Part shown: piece after piece, positions 39,268 through 47,272 of the stretch
Numbering within the stretch: position 1 is the first letter of the stretch
How the letters are laid out: each line of letters opens with the position of its first letter
Assembly: GCA_945897655.1 (NCBI GenBank)
Contig: CAMDHB010000001.1
Coordinates: 1-49,975, forward strand
Reading direction: 5' to 3'
DNA from: Pseudorhodobacter antarcticus
GTDB lineage: Bacteria > Pseudomonadota > Alphaproteobacteria > Rhodobacterales > Rhodobacteraceae
Length of the DNA: 49,975 nt
The notes under the pieces: generated by a model
What the model was told of the DNA's origin: nothing
Databases searched by the model: none
Seen by the model: only the letters and a program-made list of their open reading frames with translations
Translations under genes and position numbers: made by a program

Positions 39268-40248
39268 TCAGCCCTCGTAACGTTGCGATTTGGTCTTGTC
39301 GATCAGGCGCGCCCAAAAGCCGTCACGCGGCATCAGGCCCTGGTCAAACCGTGCCGGTGTTTCCAGAACGGGCCGGACGCGAGACACAGTGGGCTTGTCC
39401 TCGCGCAGAACGACATAGATGCCCGATGCGATGATGATCAGCGTGCCAACCGCGGTCCACAGGTCATGGCTTTCGTTGAAGATCAGGCTGCCCAGGATCG
39501 TGGCCCAGACGATTTGCGAATACTGCATGGGTGCCACAATCACCGCAGGCGCGACCCGGTAGGCCGAAATCAGCAGCAAGGACGCAACCATCCCCATCGC
39601 GGCGATATAGGCCATCAGGCCCAGATGCTCGATCGGCATGGGTTTGTAGATGAAGGGCAGGGCGATGGCCGCTACCAGCAGGTTGGCGACCATGGGATAC
39701 AGCATCATGACCACGAACCGCTCGGACCCGCCGGTCTTGCGCATGATGATCGCGTTGAGTGACCCCAGAAACGCGGCCGAAATGGCGGCCAGATGGCCCA
39801 GGCCGAGGTTGCCTGACCCGGGGCGCAACACCACCAGAACCCCCACCAGACCCAGCAGAACCGCGGCCCCCCGGTGCAGGCCGACCCGTTCGCCCAGCAT
39901 CGGAATGGCCAGAACAGTGATCAGCAGAGGCGTGGCAAAGAAGATCGGATAGCATTCAGACAGCGGCAGCACGGCAAAGGCGTAAAAACCGGTCAAGACG
40001 TTGAGCATGGTCAGAACGGCGCGCAGCGTGGTCCAGAACGGATGATTGGGGATCAGGGTGCCTTCGGTGCGGTCGCGCATCAGCAGGATCGAGATCAGCG
40101 GAAACCCCAGCAGGGTGGAATAAAATATGATCTGGAACGGGCTGTACTGGCCGCCCAGAAACTTGATCGCCACGTCATTGACGGAAAAAATGGTAAACCC
40201 ACCCAATGCCATCAGGGCACCTCGCAGGTTGATCGGAGATATCGCCAT
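39268..40248 (-). CDS. DMT/EamA family transporter
   Basis: Multi-TM protein; LGERVG...GLVGVLVVLRPG; APMQYSQIVWA. Confidence 0.88.
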   Translation of the reverse strand: MAISPINLRGALMALGGFTIFSVNDVAIKFLGGQYSPFQIIFYSTLLGFPLISILLMRDRTEGTLIPNHPFWTTLRAVLTMLNVLTGFYAFAVLPLSECYPIFFATPLLITVLAIPMLGERVGLHRGAAVLLGLVGVLVVLRPGSGNLGLGHLAAISAAFLGSLNAIIMRKTGGSERFVVMMLYPMVANLLVAAIALPFIYKPMPIEHLGLMAYIAAMGMVASLLLISAYRVAPAVIVAPMQYSQIVWATILGSLIFNESHDLWTAVGTLIIIASGIYVVLREDKPTVSRVRPVLETPARFDQGLMPRDGFWARLIDKTKSQRYEG

Positions 40249-40364
40249 GTGAAAATGTCCGAAAATCGGTCAGCGCGGGAGGTCGCGGACACATCTAACT
40301 CCTGTGCCTTTGACGGGGAAAGTTCAAGTGGGAACTGGTCAGGCGATAGCGGTCAAGCCGCGTC

Positions 40365-41243
40365 TCAGGCAGGAAAGCGGGCGTCTTGTGTGCGGCCCGC
40401 AGCGAACAGCAAGGCAAGGCCCGCGGCAATGATCACGCCAATACCAACGGCGTTCATCAGGCTTGGCCGCTCTCCGAAAAAGATAAGGCCAAGCGCACTG
40501 GCCCAGATGATTTGCGAATACTGCATCGGCGCCACAACGATGGAGGGGGCCACGCGGTAGGCCGCAATGATCAGCAAACCGCCCATCGTACCCAGAAAGC
40601 CCATCTGCAGACCCACCTGCACATCGGTCAGGCTGATCGGCTGCCAGATGAACAGCATCACCACCCCGGCCACCAGGAACTGCGCCAGCGTCGGATAGAG
40701 CAGGATCACCCCCGAGGATTCGCCATGCCCGATCTTGCGCAGCAAAAGCGAGTTCAGCGCCCCGGTCACCGCGCCGCAAATGGCCGTCAGATGACCAAGC
40801 TGAAACTCGGTGGTGCCCGGTTGCAGGGCGATCAGCACACCGCCAAAGCCCACCAGAATGATCACCCCGCGCAAAGGGTCAATCGGCTCGCCCAGCATGG
40901 GCCAGGCGATCAGGGTAATCATCAGCGGCATGGTGAAGAACACCGCATAGCACTGCGCCAGCGGCAGGTGGGTGAAGGAATAGGTGACAAAGGCGCTGCC
41001 GATCAGGCTGATCGCGATGCGAGCCAGGGTCATGCCGGGCATCCGGGGCCACAGGCTGACGCGGGGGGTCTTCCACAGGATCTGCGCCAGCACAAAGGGC
41101 AGGGTGCACGCGGCCGACAGGAACATCACCTGAAACGATGACATGTTCTGCCCCAGCGCCTTGATCGACACATCCGTGCAGGCATAGGCAAAGAAAGCGC
41201 CCAAAGACAGGAACGCACCACGCAAGTTGGAATTCATCGCCAT
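40365..41243 (-). CDS. DMT/EamA family transporter
   Basis: LPLAQCYAVFFTMP, MLGEPI and APMQYSQIIWA. Confidence 0.88.
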   Translation of the reverse strand: MAMNSNLRGAFLSLGAFFAYACTDVSIKALGQNMSSFQVMFLSAACTLPFVLAQILWKTPRVSLWPRMPGMTLARIAISLIGSAFVTYSFTHLPLAQCYAVFFTMPLMITLIAWPMLGEPIDPLRGVIILVGFGGVLIALQPGTTEFQLGHLTAICGAVTGALNSLLLRKIGHGESSGVILLYPTLAQFLVAGVVMLFIWQPISLTDVQVGLQMGFLGTMGGLLIIAAYRVAPSIVVAPMQYSQIIWASALGLIFFGERPSLMNAVGIGVIIAAGLALLFAAGRTQDARFPA

Positions 41244-41354
41244 CCGGAGGGCCGCCAGTCTGAAGGCATGGGGTAAACTGAACTCGCCCGCGGTCAGGGA
41301 AAGATCAAGGGGCGAATTGGCAAATCCGCAGCAGAATGCAACAAATCATAGGTT

Positions 41355-42218
41355 TTACGCCGGTTTGTCCTGGCGCGCGACAATCATCACACCCGCTGCG
41401 ATGATCAGCGCGGTGCCAATCATTGTGGGCAGCGAAATCTTCTCGTCAAACAGGATGATCCCGAACAGCGTGGCCCAGAAGATTTGCGAATACTGCATGG
41501 GGGCCACAATGATGGCCCGGGCGCGGCGATAGGCGGCAATGATCAGAACCGACCCCACAACCAGCGTGGCGCCCATGAAGGCCGTTACCGCCAGATCGGC
41601 CAGCGGCATCGGCTTGTAATCAAACGGTACGATCAGCGCCAAGACCAGGGTTTGCGCGATCATCGGGTACAGCATCAGGACAATCGTCCGCTCCGTCCCG
41701 CCGGTCTTGCGCAAAAGCACATAGTTCAGCGCGCCCGAAAGAGCGCCCAGGATCGCGGCCAAATGGGCAATCTGGAGGGGTGCGGCCCCCGGGTCCAGCG
41801 CCACGATCACGCCCACCAAACCCAGAAGTACCGCCACCCCGCGCACCAGATCAATCTTCTCGCCCAGCATCGGCACCGCCAGAAGGGCAATGAAAATCGG
41901 CATGGTAAAGAAGATGGCATAGCACTGCGCCAGCGGCAGGTTGGCAAAGGCATAGGGCCCGATGATGCCGTTGAACACGACGACGACCACCCGAAACGCC
42001 AAAAGGCCGGGCCGAACCGGCCGCAGGCTGCCCTGATCACTGTCCGCCATCGCAAAGACCATGACCAGGGGTAACGCCAGCAGTCCGGCAAAGAAGATGA
42101 TCTGAAAGGCCGAATACCCGGACCCCAGGAATTTGACCGAGATGTCATAGCCCGCATACAGGCCAAAAGCAGCCAGACCAAACAGCGCGCCGGTCAGCGG
42201 GTTTTGCTTGGGGGACAT
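41355..42218 (-). CDS. DMT/EamA family transporter
   Basis: LPLAQCYAIFFTMP, MLGEKI and APMQYSQIFWA. Confidence 0.88.
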   Translation of the reverse strand: MSPKQNPLTGALFGLAAFGLYAGYDISVKFLGSGYSAFQIIFFAGLLALPLVMVFAMADSDQGSLRPVRPGLLAFRVVVVVFNGIIGPYAFANLPLAQCYAIFFTMPIFIALLAVPMLGEKIDLVRGVAVLLGLVGVIVALDPGAAPLQIAHLAAILGALSGALNYVLLRKTGGTERTIVLMLYPMIAQTLVLALIVPFDYKPMPLADLAVTAFMGATLVVGSVLIIAAYRRARAIIVAPMQYSQIFWATLFGIILFDEKISLPTMIGTALIIAAGVMIVARQDKPA

Positions 42219-42264
42219 GGCGCCTCGGTCAGGGTGGCCTGCCCGGGGGCAGGCCAAGGTTGCG

Positions 42265-43371
42265 TCACAGGCTGGCGTTCAATGCGGCGATGACGGCATC
42301 GCCCATCTGCGCCGTGCTGACCGGCGTACCGCCGGCAGGCCCCATCAGATCCGCCGTCCGCACCCCATCGGCCAGCACCTTTTCCACGGCCTTGTCCACC
42401 CGCGTCGCATCATCGCCCATGCCAAAGCTGTAGCGCAGCGCCATCGCAAAGGACAGGATGCAGGCAATCGGGTTCGCCTTGCCCGTGCCCGCGATATCGG
42501 GGGCCGACCCATGAACCGGCTCATACAGCGCCTTGGGCCGACCATTCGCCATCGGCAGCCCAAGGCTGGCTGAAGGCAGCATCCCCAACGAACCGGTCAG
42601 CATGGCGGCCATATCGGACAAAAGATCGCCAAAAAGGTTGTCGGTGACGATCACGTCAAACTGCTTGGGCCAGCGGCACAGCTGCATCGCACCGGCATCG
42701 GCATACATGTGGCTCAGTTCCACATCCGGATATTCCTTGTCATGAATCTCCTGCACCACTTCGCGCCACAGGATGCCTGACTCCATCACATTTGCCTTCT
42801 CCATCGAGCAGACCTTGTTGTTCCGCTTGCGCGCCAGTTCAAAGGCCGACCGCGCCACGCGGGCAATCTCGGATTCCGTATAGCGCTGGGTGTTGATGCC
42901 CACCCGTTCGTTGCCTTCAACGAAAATCCCGCGCGGTTCGCCGAAATAGACGCCAGAGGTCAGTTCGCGGACAATCACGATGTCCAGACCGGCCACAACC
43001 TCTTTCTTCAGGCTGGAGAAATCGGCCAGCGCGTCGAAGCATTGGGCGGGGCGCAGGTTGGAGAAGAGGTCCATCTCCTTGCGCAGGCGCAGCAGCCCCC
43101 GCTCCGGCTTCACGCTGAAATCCAGCTTGTCATACTTCGGCCCGCCGACAGCACCCAGCAGCACCGCGTCCACCTCTTGCGCACGCGCCATCGTCTCATC
43201 CGTCAGGGGCGTGCCGTGGGCGTCATAAGAACAGCCGCCGACCAGCCCTTCGGACACGTCAAAGGTCACGCCGCGCTTGGCGTCGAACCAGGAGATGATC
43301 TTTTTCACCTCGGCCATGACTTCGGGGCCGATACCGTCACCGGCAAGGATAAGAAGGGAGGGATTGGCCAT
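42265..43371 (-). CDS. leuB: 3-isopropylmalate dehydrogenase
   Basis: [29 protein letters not shown] and [12 protein letters not shown] motifs. Confidence 0.96.
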   Translation of the reverse strand: MANPSLLILAGDGIGPEVMAEVKKIISWFDAKRGVTFDVSEGLVGGCSYDAHGTPLTDETMARAQEVDAVLLGAVGGPKYDKLDFSVKPERGLLRLRKEMDLFSNLRPAQCFDALADFSSLKKEVVAGLDIVIVRELTSGVYFGEPRGIFVEGNERVGINTQRYTESEIARVARSAFELARKRNNKVCSMEKANVMESGILWREVVQEIHDKEYPDVELSHMYADAGAMQLCRWPKQFDVIVTDNLFGDLLSDMAAMLTGSLGMLPSASLGLPMANGRPKALYEPVHGSAPDIAGTGKANPIACILSFAMALRYSFGMGDDATRVDKAVEKVLADGVRTADLMGPAGGTPVSTAQMGDAVIAALNASL

Positions 43372-43461
43372 GGCACGCTCCTGCAAAATGGGTCCGGGCT
43401 GGCCTAGCGGCTGGGCGCGGCGCGGTCAAGATTGCGATGGCGAATTCCGTATTGCAGGCCG

Positions 43462-44277
43462 CTACCTCGCCCGAATGAAGGCGTTGGTTTGTTGCAGCAT
43501 CGACAAGACCGCCGCACCGGACCCGTTTTGCCCCAGGTTCGCATCCACTTGCGCGCGGACAAGAAAGCGGCGGATCAGCGTGTCCACCTTGGCAGGGTCG
43601 GTGAATTGGCTGACGGTGTTTTCCCCGAAAACGGCATCGGCCTTGGTCTTGAACAGTTGCAACTGCTGATCCAGGTCGATCGCGCCCACACTGGCCGGCA
43701 ACCCAAGCGCCTTGGTGAACACCTGCTTCAACGCGGTATTGCCCAGGATGCCCAACCATTTCGTCTGCTCTGACCCCGACTTGGTGGCCAAGGTCCCCAA
43801 CTCGCGCTGCGCATTCAGCGCCAGCCGCAGATCGCCATCCTGATTGCCAACCGCCGCCTCGAACTGCCGGGCGCGGTAGGCGCTGATGATCTGCTCCGGG
43901 AAAGTCGACAGTTTGGTGCGCGGTGTCGCGAAATCGCCAAAGCCGAACGCGGCCGAGAATTTCTGATACTGCTTGTCCGCCAGCTTGTTCGACAGGGCCG
44001 CCGTGTTCAGCGTGCCATCCTTCAACACCTTTTCGATGAACGCCTTGTTGTTGATATCCGCGTCCAGCCCGAAGGCCCCCAAAGCAACCTTCAGGAGCCT
44101 GCGGTCCTTGACCAGTTGTTCCGCCGTGCTGATCTTGCCGATATTCGCCTTGAAGTAATCCTCGTCCCGCTTGATCTCGGGCGATTTGACAAAGGCAGCG
44201 GTCTGTTTGGCCATTGTCCGGTTCAACAGCGTCCATCCGGCATAACCGCCCACTGGAAGAACCGGGCTATAACTCAT
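43462..44277 (-). CDS. DUF1217 flagellar cluster protein
   Basis: GGYAGWTLLNRT...YFKANIG...DRRLLKVALGAFGL; position after flbT. Confidence 0.75.
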   Translation of the reverse strand: MSYSPVLPVGGYAGWTLLNRTMAKQTAAFVKSPEIKRDEDYFKANIGKISTAEQLVKDRRLLKVALGAFGLDADINNKAFIEKVLKDGTLNTAALSNKLADKQYQKFSAAFGFGDFATPRTKLSTFPEQIISAYRARQFEAAVGNQDGDLRLALNAQRELGTLATKSGSEQTKWLGILGNTALKQVFTKALGLPASVGAIDLDQQLQLFKTKADAVFGENTVSQFTDPAKVDTLIRRFLVRAQVDANLGQNGSGAAVLSMLQQTNAFIRAR

Positions 44278-44681
44278 CTTTGCCCGGCCGCGGCAAACAA
44301 CCGCTCCTCCCGTGGCAGCAAGGACCGCAGCGCTTTCAGGGCCTGATAGTGCTGATCCTCCAGCACGGCCTTGGTGGCGGCGTTCAATTGGGTCCGGCTG
44401 TCATGGTCGGTCAGAACCTGGCTCAGCTGTTCAATGCCGCGCAGCAATTGTTGCCGAGTGTCGGCAGCGGTCGCATCGCCGGTCAGGACCAGTTGGGCCA
44501 CATAGCAGACCCGCTTGACCGGGGTGTTCGCCTCGGCCGGATGGATGGCGTCGCGCAGGCGCAGGATATTGGCATTGGGCGTGACGATGGCAAGCCGTGA
44601 CCGTTTGTCGCCATTCTCAACCACCGCGCCATTGATCAGCACGCGTTCATGGGGGCCAAGCTTCAGGACAAGGCCGCTCAT
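44274..44681 (-). CDS. flbT: Flagellin synthesis regulator FlbT
   Basis: GLVLKLGPHERVLINGAVVENG, ANTPVKRVCYVAQ and YQALKALRSLLPRE. Confidence 0.93.
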   Translation of the reverse strand: MSGLVLKLGPHERVLINGAVVENGDKRSRLAIVTPNANILRLRDAIHPAEANTPVKRVCYVAQLVLTGDATAADTRQQLLRGIEQLSQVLTDHDSRTQLNAATKAVLEDQHYQALKALRSLLPREERLFAAAGQR

Positions 44682-45058
44682 GACCCGCCCCCTTCGCCGC
44701 GCAGGCCGCGCATCACGGCGGTGTTGATGTCCACCAACACCTCAACCGAGCCCTTTTGGTCAAGCACCGACCGGGTATGACCTGCGGTGAATTCATACAG
44801 ATAGAACAGTTGCGCCCGCAGCGGGGCAGGCAGGCCATTGCCCGCTTCCGCAACATCTGCGGCCAGCGCCGACCAAAGTTGCAGGTTTTCGGTCAAGGCG
44901 GTGGCCAGCCCCCCGAAATCTTCCTTTCGGCGGGACCATGCCATGGCAAGCTGCTGTGTGCAGCGCGCCAAAAGCTCGTATTCGTGGGAACGGCTGGTGC
45001 GAACAGGGGCCTCGCGCTGGCCATAGGCCGCACGGGCAATATTGGTGGCGACGGTCAA
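44678..45058 (-). CDS. flaF: Flagellar biosynthesis regulator FlaF
   Basis: ALTENLQLWSALAADVAEAGNGLPAPLRAQL...LVDINTAVMRGL. Confidence 0.92.
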   Translation of the reverse strand: MTVATNIARAAYGQREAPVRTSRSHEYELLARCTQQLAMAWSRRKEDFGGLATALTENLQLWSALAADVAEAGNGLPAPLRAQLFYLYEFTAGHTRSVLDQKGSVEVLVDINTAVMRGLRGEGGGS

Positions 45059-45100
45059 GATTTTTCCTTCCGGGATTGTGCCTGGGGTTCAGCATCAAGC

Positions 45101-45125
45101 GGTCAGGGGGCTTTGCCCCCTGACC
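45101..45125 (-). terminator. Stem-loop after the flagellin gene
   Basis: GGTCAGGGGGC-ttt-GCCCCCTGACC. Confidence 0.6.
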
Positions 45126-45132
45126 AGTTGGC

Positions 45133-46335
45133 TTACCGGAACAAGGACAACAGCGATTGCGGCTGCTGGTTCGCGATCGACAGGGCCTGGGTGGACAGCT
45201 GCTGCTGCACCTGCAGGGCCTGCAACCGCGCCGACGCCTCCTCCATATCGGCATCGACCATCGAGCCGATGCCCGCTTTCATGGAATCGGTCAGTTTGCT
45301 GACAAAGTCGCGTTGGATGTCGACCCGCACCTGGACCGAACCAAACGAGGCCGCCGCGTCGATGGACGTCTGCAACATGGCTTCGATATTCCCCAAGGCG
45401 GCCGTCGCGCCCGCACTGGAAGAGACGTCGATGGTTGAAAGCGCCCCAAGCCCGCCCGACCCAACATTCTTGAACTGGGCAGATACGTTCAGGTCATCAG
45501 CCCCGCCGTTGGTGAAGACCAGCGTTCCTGCCGTACCGGAATCGTAATCCACCGTCAGACCAGTGATACCCAGCGCCTCGACAGCCTTTTTCAGGCCGAC
45601 CGCGACGAGATCCGATGCCGTGGTCGATGCCACATCTTCCGCCGTCACGGTATAGTTGGCGGTCTTGCCCCCGATGCTAAGCGACACCGAATCCCCGGCC
45701 GCGAAAGCCGCGCCGCTGTCATCAATCACCACCGTCCCGGTGCCGGCCGCATCAATGGCAAAACCGGCGGTATCGCCTGCGGTCGAAACGCCGTCCGTGC
45801 CGGTCAGCACGTTCTTGGCCGCATAGGCGCCGATCGACAGATCCTGCGCCGTGACCGTGATGGACGAAGCGGTGACCGCAGTACCGCTGCGGTCCAGCGA
45901 TGCCAGCACGTCAACCGAGGTTTGCGAGCCGTTCACCAGGTTCAACCCGTTGAACTGCGCAGCCCCCACCACCGATTCGATCTCGCTGCGCAGGGCCACG
46001 ATATCGGTCTGGATCTTGGCACGGTCCACGTTGGATTCCTGCGCGGCCACGATCTTGCCCTTCACTTCCGTCAGAAGGTCGGTGATCGTTTCCGAGGCTT
46101 GCCGGGCCACGGCGATGGTCGACGACCCCAGCGCCAGACTGTCATTGATTCCCTTGAACCCCTTGACGTCGGATTCCATGACTTTGGAAATGGCCCAGAC
46201 GGCTGCGTTGTCCTTGGCTGTGGCCACGGATTTTCCGGTCGAGATATCTGCCGTGGTCTTGGCCAGATTGGTATTGATCGACTTCATCGTTTGCAGTGCA
46301 ACCATCGCACTGTTGTTGGTCAGAATGGACGACAT
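45133..46335 (-). CDS. fliC: Flagellin
   Basis: MSSILTNNSAMVALQT...ISTGKSVATAKDNAA; C-terminal VDADMEEASARLQALQVQQQL...ANQQPQSLLSLFR. Confidence 0.96.
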   Translation of the reverse strand: MSSILTNNSAMVALQTMKSINTNLAKTTADISTGKSVATAKDNAAVWAISKVMESDVKGFKGINDSLALGSSTIAVARQASETITDLLTEVKGKIVAAQESNVDRAKIQTDIVALRSEIESVVGAAQFNGLNLVNGSQTSVDVLASLDRSGTAVTASSITVTAQDLSIGAYAAKNVLTGTDGVSTAGDTAGFAIDAAGTGTVVIDDSGAAFAAGDSVSLSIGGKTANYTVTAEDVASTTASDLVAVGLKKAVEALGITGLTVDYDSGTAGTLVFTNGGADDLNVSAQFKNVGSGGLGALSTIDVSSSAGATAALGNIEAMLQTSIDAAASFGSVQVRVDIQRDFVSKLTDSMKAGIGSMVDADMEEASARLQALQVQQQLSTQALSIANQQPQSLLSLFR

Positions 46336-46485
46336 TTTCGTTTCCTTTGCGGTCAGCTGACGCTTTGCGCACAGCTTTGGGCGCCATCACGACAGATGGC
46401 CGTTTGGGCTTTCTCTCCAATGCGGCCGGTCGCCCGGGTCGCGCCACCCCATCTGGGATGCAGGCCCCATAAGACCGTCCAAAGC

Positions 46486-46500
46486 ATAAGAGAGTGCTAA
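46486..46500. promoter_or_regulatory. CtrA-like box upstream of flagellin
   Basis: ATAA-N7-CTAA, two mismatches to TTAA-N7-TTAA. Confidence 0.35.
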
Positions 46501-46538
46501 TCGCCGCCCCCGCAATCTGCGGAATTTGAATGAAAAAC

Positions 46539-46883
46539 CTACAGCCTTTGCGCTAGATTGCGGCTCTCGACCACCTCGGCGCGGCGACCGCTGCTGTCAT
46601 AGGTGACAAACGACGAATGTGACGCCCGGATGTCGGCCAGCCTGCGCCGCGCCGCCCGGATCCCGCGCTGGGCGGCCAGCAGAACGGCGGCATTCCGTTC
46701 GGCCCTGTAGCGGATCAACTGAATTTCCGTTTCAGTGGGCGGGTTGGTCTGCCATTGCTGCGCCTGTTCCAGCGCCACGGTCAGCCCCGCCAGCGCGCCA
46801 TAATCGGACGCCAGCATGGCGGCATAGATCTGGTCCAGCACCTTGGCCGCCGCCGGCAGCGGGGTGGGCTTAACCGCCTGCAT
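46539..46883 (-). CDS. flgN: FlgN-like flagellar export chaperone
   Basis: Helical 114-aa protein with RNAAVLLAAQRGIRAARRRL and TYDSSG, between flgJ and flagellin. Confidence 0.65.
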   Translation of the reverse strand: MQAVKPTPLPAAAKVLDQIYAAMLASDYGALAGLTVALEQAQQWQTNPPTETEIQLIRYRAERNAAVLLAAQRGIRAARRRLADIRASHSSFVTYDSSGRRAEVVESRNLAQRL

Positions 46884-47178
46884 GATCGTGCCTTACCAAG
46901 GATTGAAACAGTCTTTCCGCCAAACCGATACCACCATGCTCAACCATTGCCTTGGCTTGGGCATCGCGTAGGAAAGACGCATACTGGTCCTCGCCCACAC
47001 CGCCCGAAAACGACCCCTCCGGCGCATCCACCCCGGCATAGGACAGCATTTCAGACAGAAACGCCGCCTCCAGATCCTTGGCCTTTTGCATCAGCACATC
47101 GCGGCGCGCGGCATCCACATTGGTCAGATTCCCCGTCAGGGGCACGGCGATCGGTGACAGTTGCACAGGCTTCTCCAT
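46870..47178 (-). CDS. flgJ: Rod-binding FlgJ-like protein (single domain)
   Basis: AKDLEAAFLSEML...FSGGVGEDQYASFLRDAQAKAMVEHGGIGLAE. The ORF-track extension to 47571 overlaps fliK and is unlikely. Confidence 0.85.
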   Translation of the reverse strand: MEKPVQLSPIAVPLTGNLTNVDAARRDVLMQKAKDLEAAFLSEMLSYAGVDAPEGSFSGGVGEDQYASFLRDAQAKAMVEHGGIGLAERLFQSLVRHDHAGG

Positions 47179-47212
47179 TTGCAACGGATTTTCGACACTA
47201 TGCGCTGGTCCG

Positions 47213-47228
47213 GTAAACAGGTGGTAAC
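47213..47228. promoter_or_regulatory. CtrA-like box in the flgJ/fliK divergent region
   Basis: GTAA-N7-GTAAC versus consensus TTAA-N7-TTAAC. Confidence 0.4.
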
Positions 47229-47272
47229 CAGTTGGCGGAATGATCCGACATGAACGGCAGAAGTCGGAACAA

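Noticed and set aside
46492-46500. CIRCE element (GAGTGCTAA)
   Set aside because: Only one arm is present; there is no TTAGCACTC partner 9 bp away and no heat-shock gene nearby.
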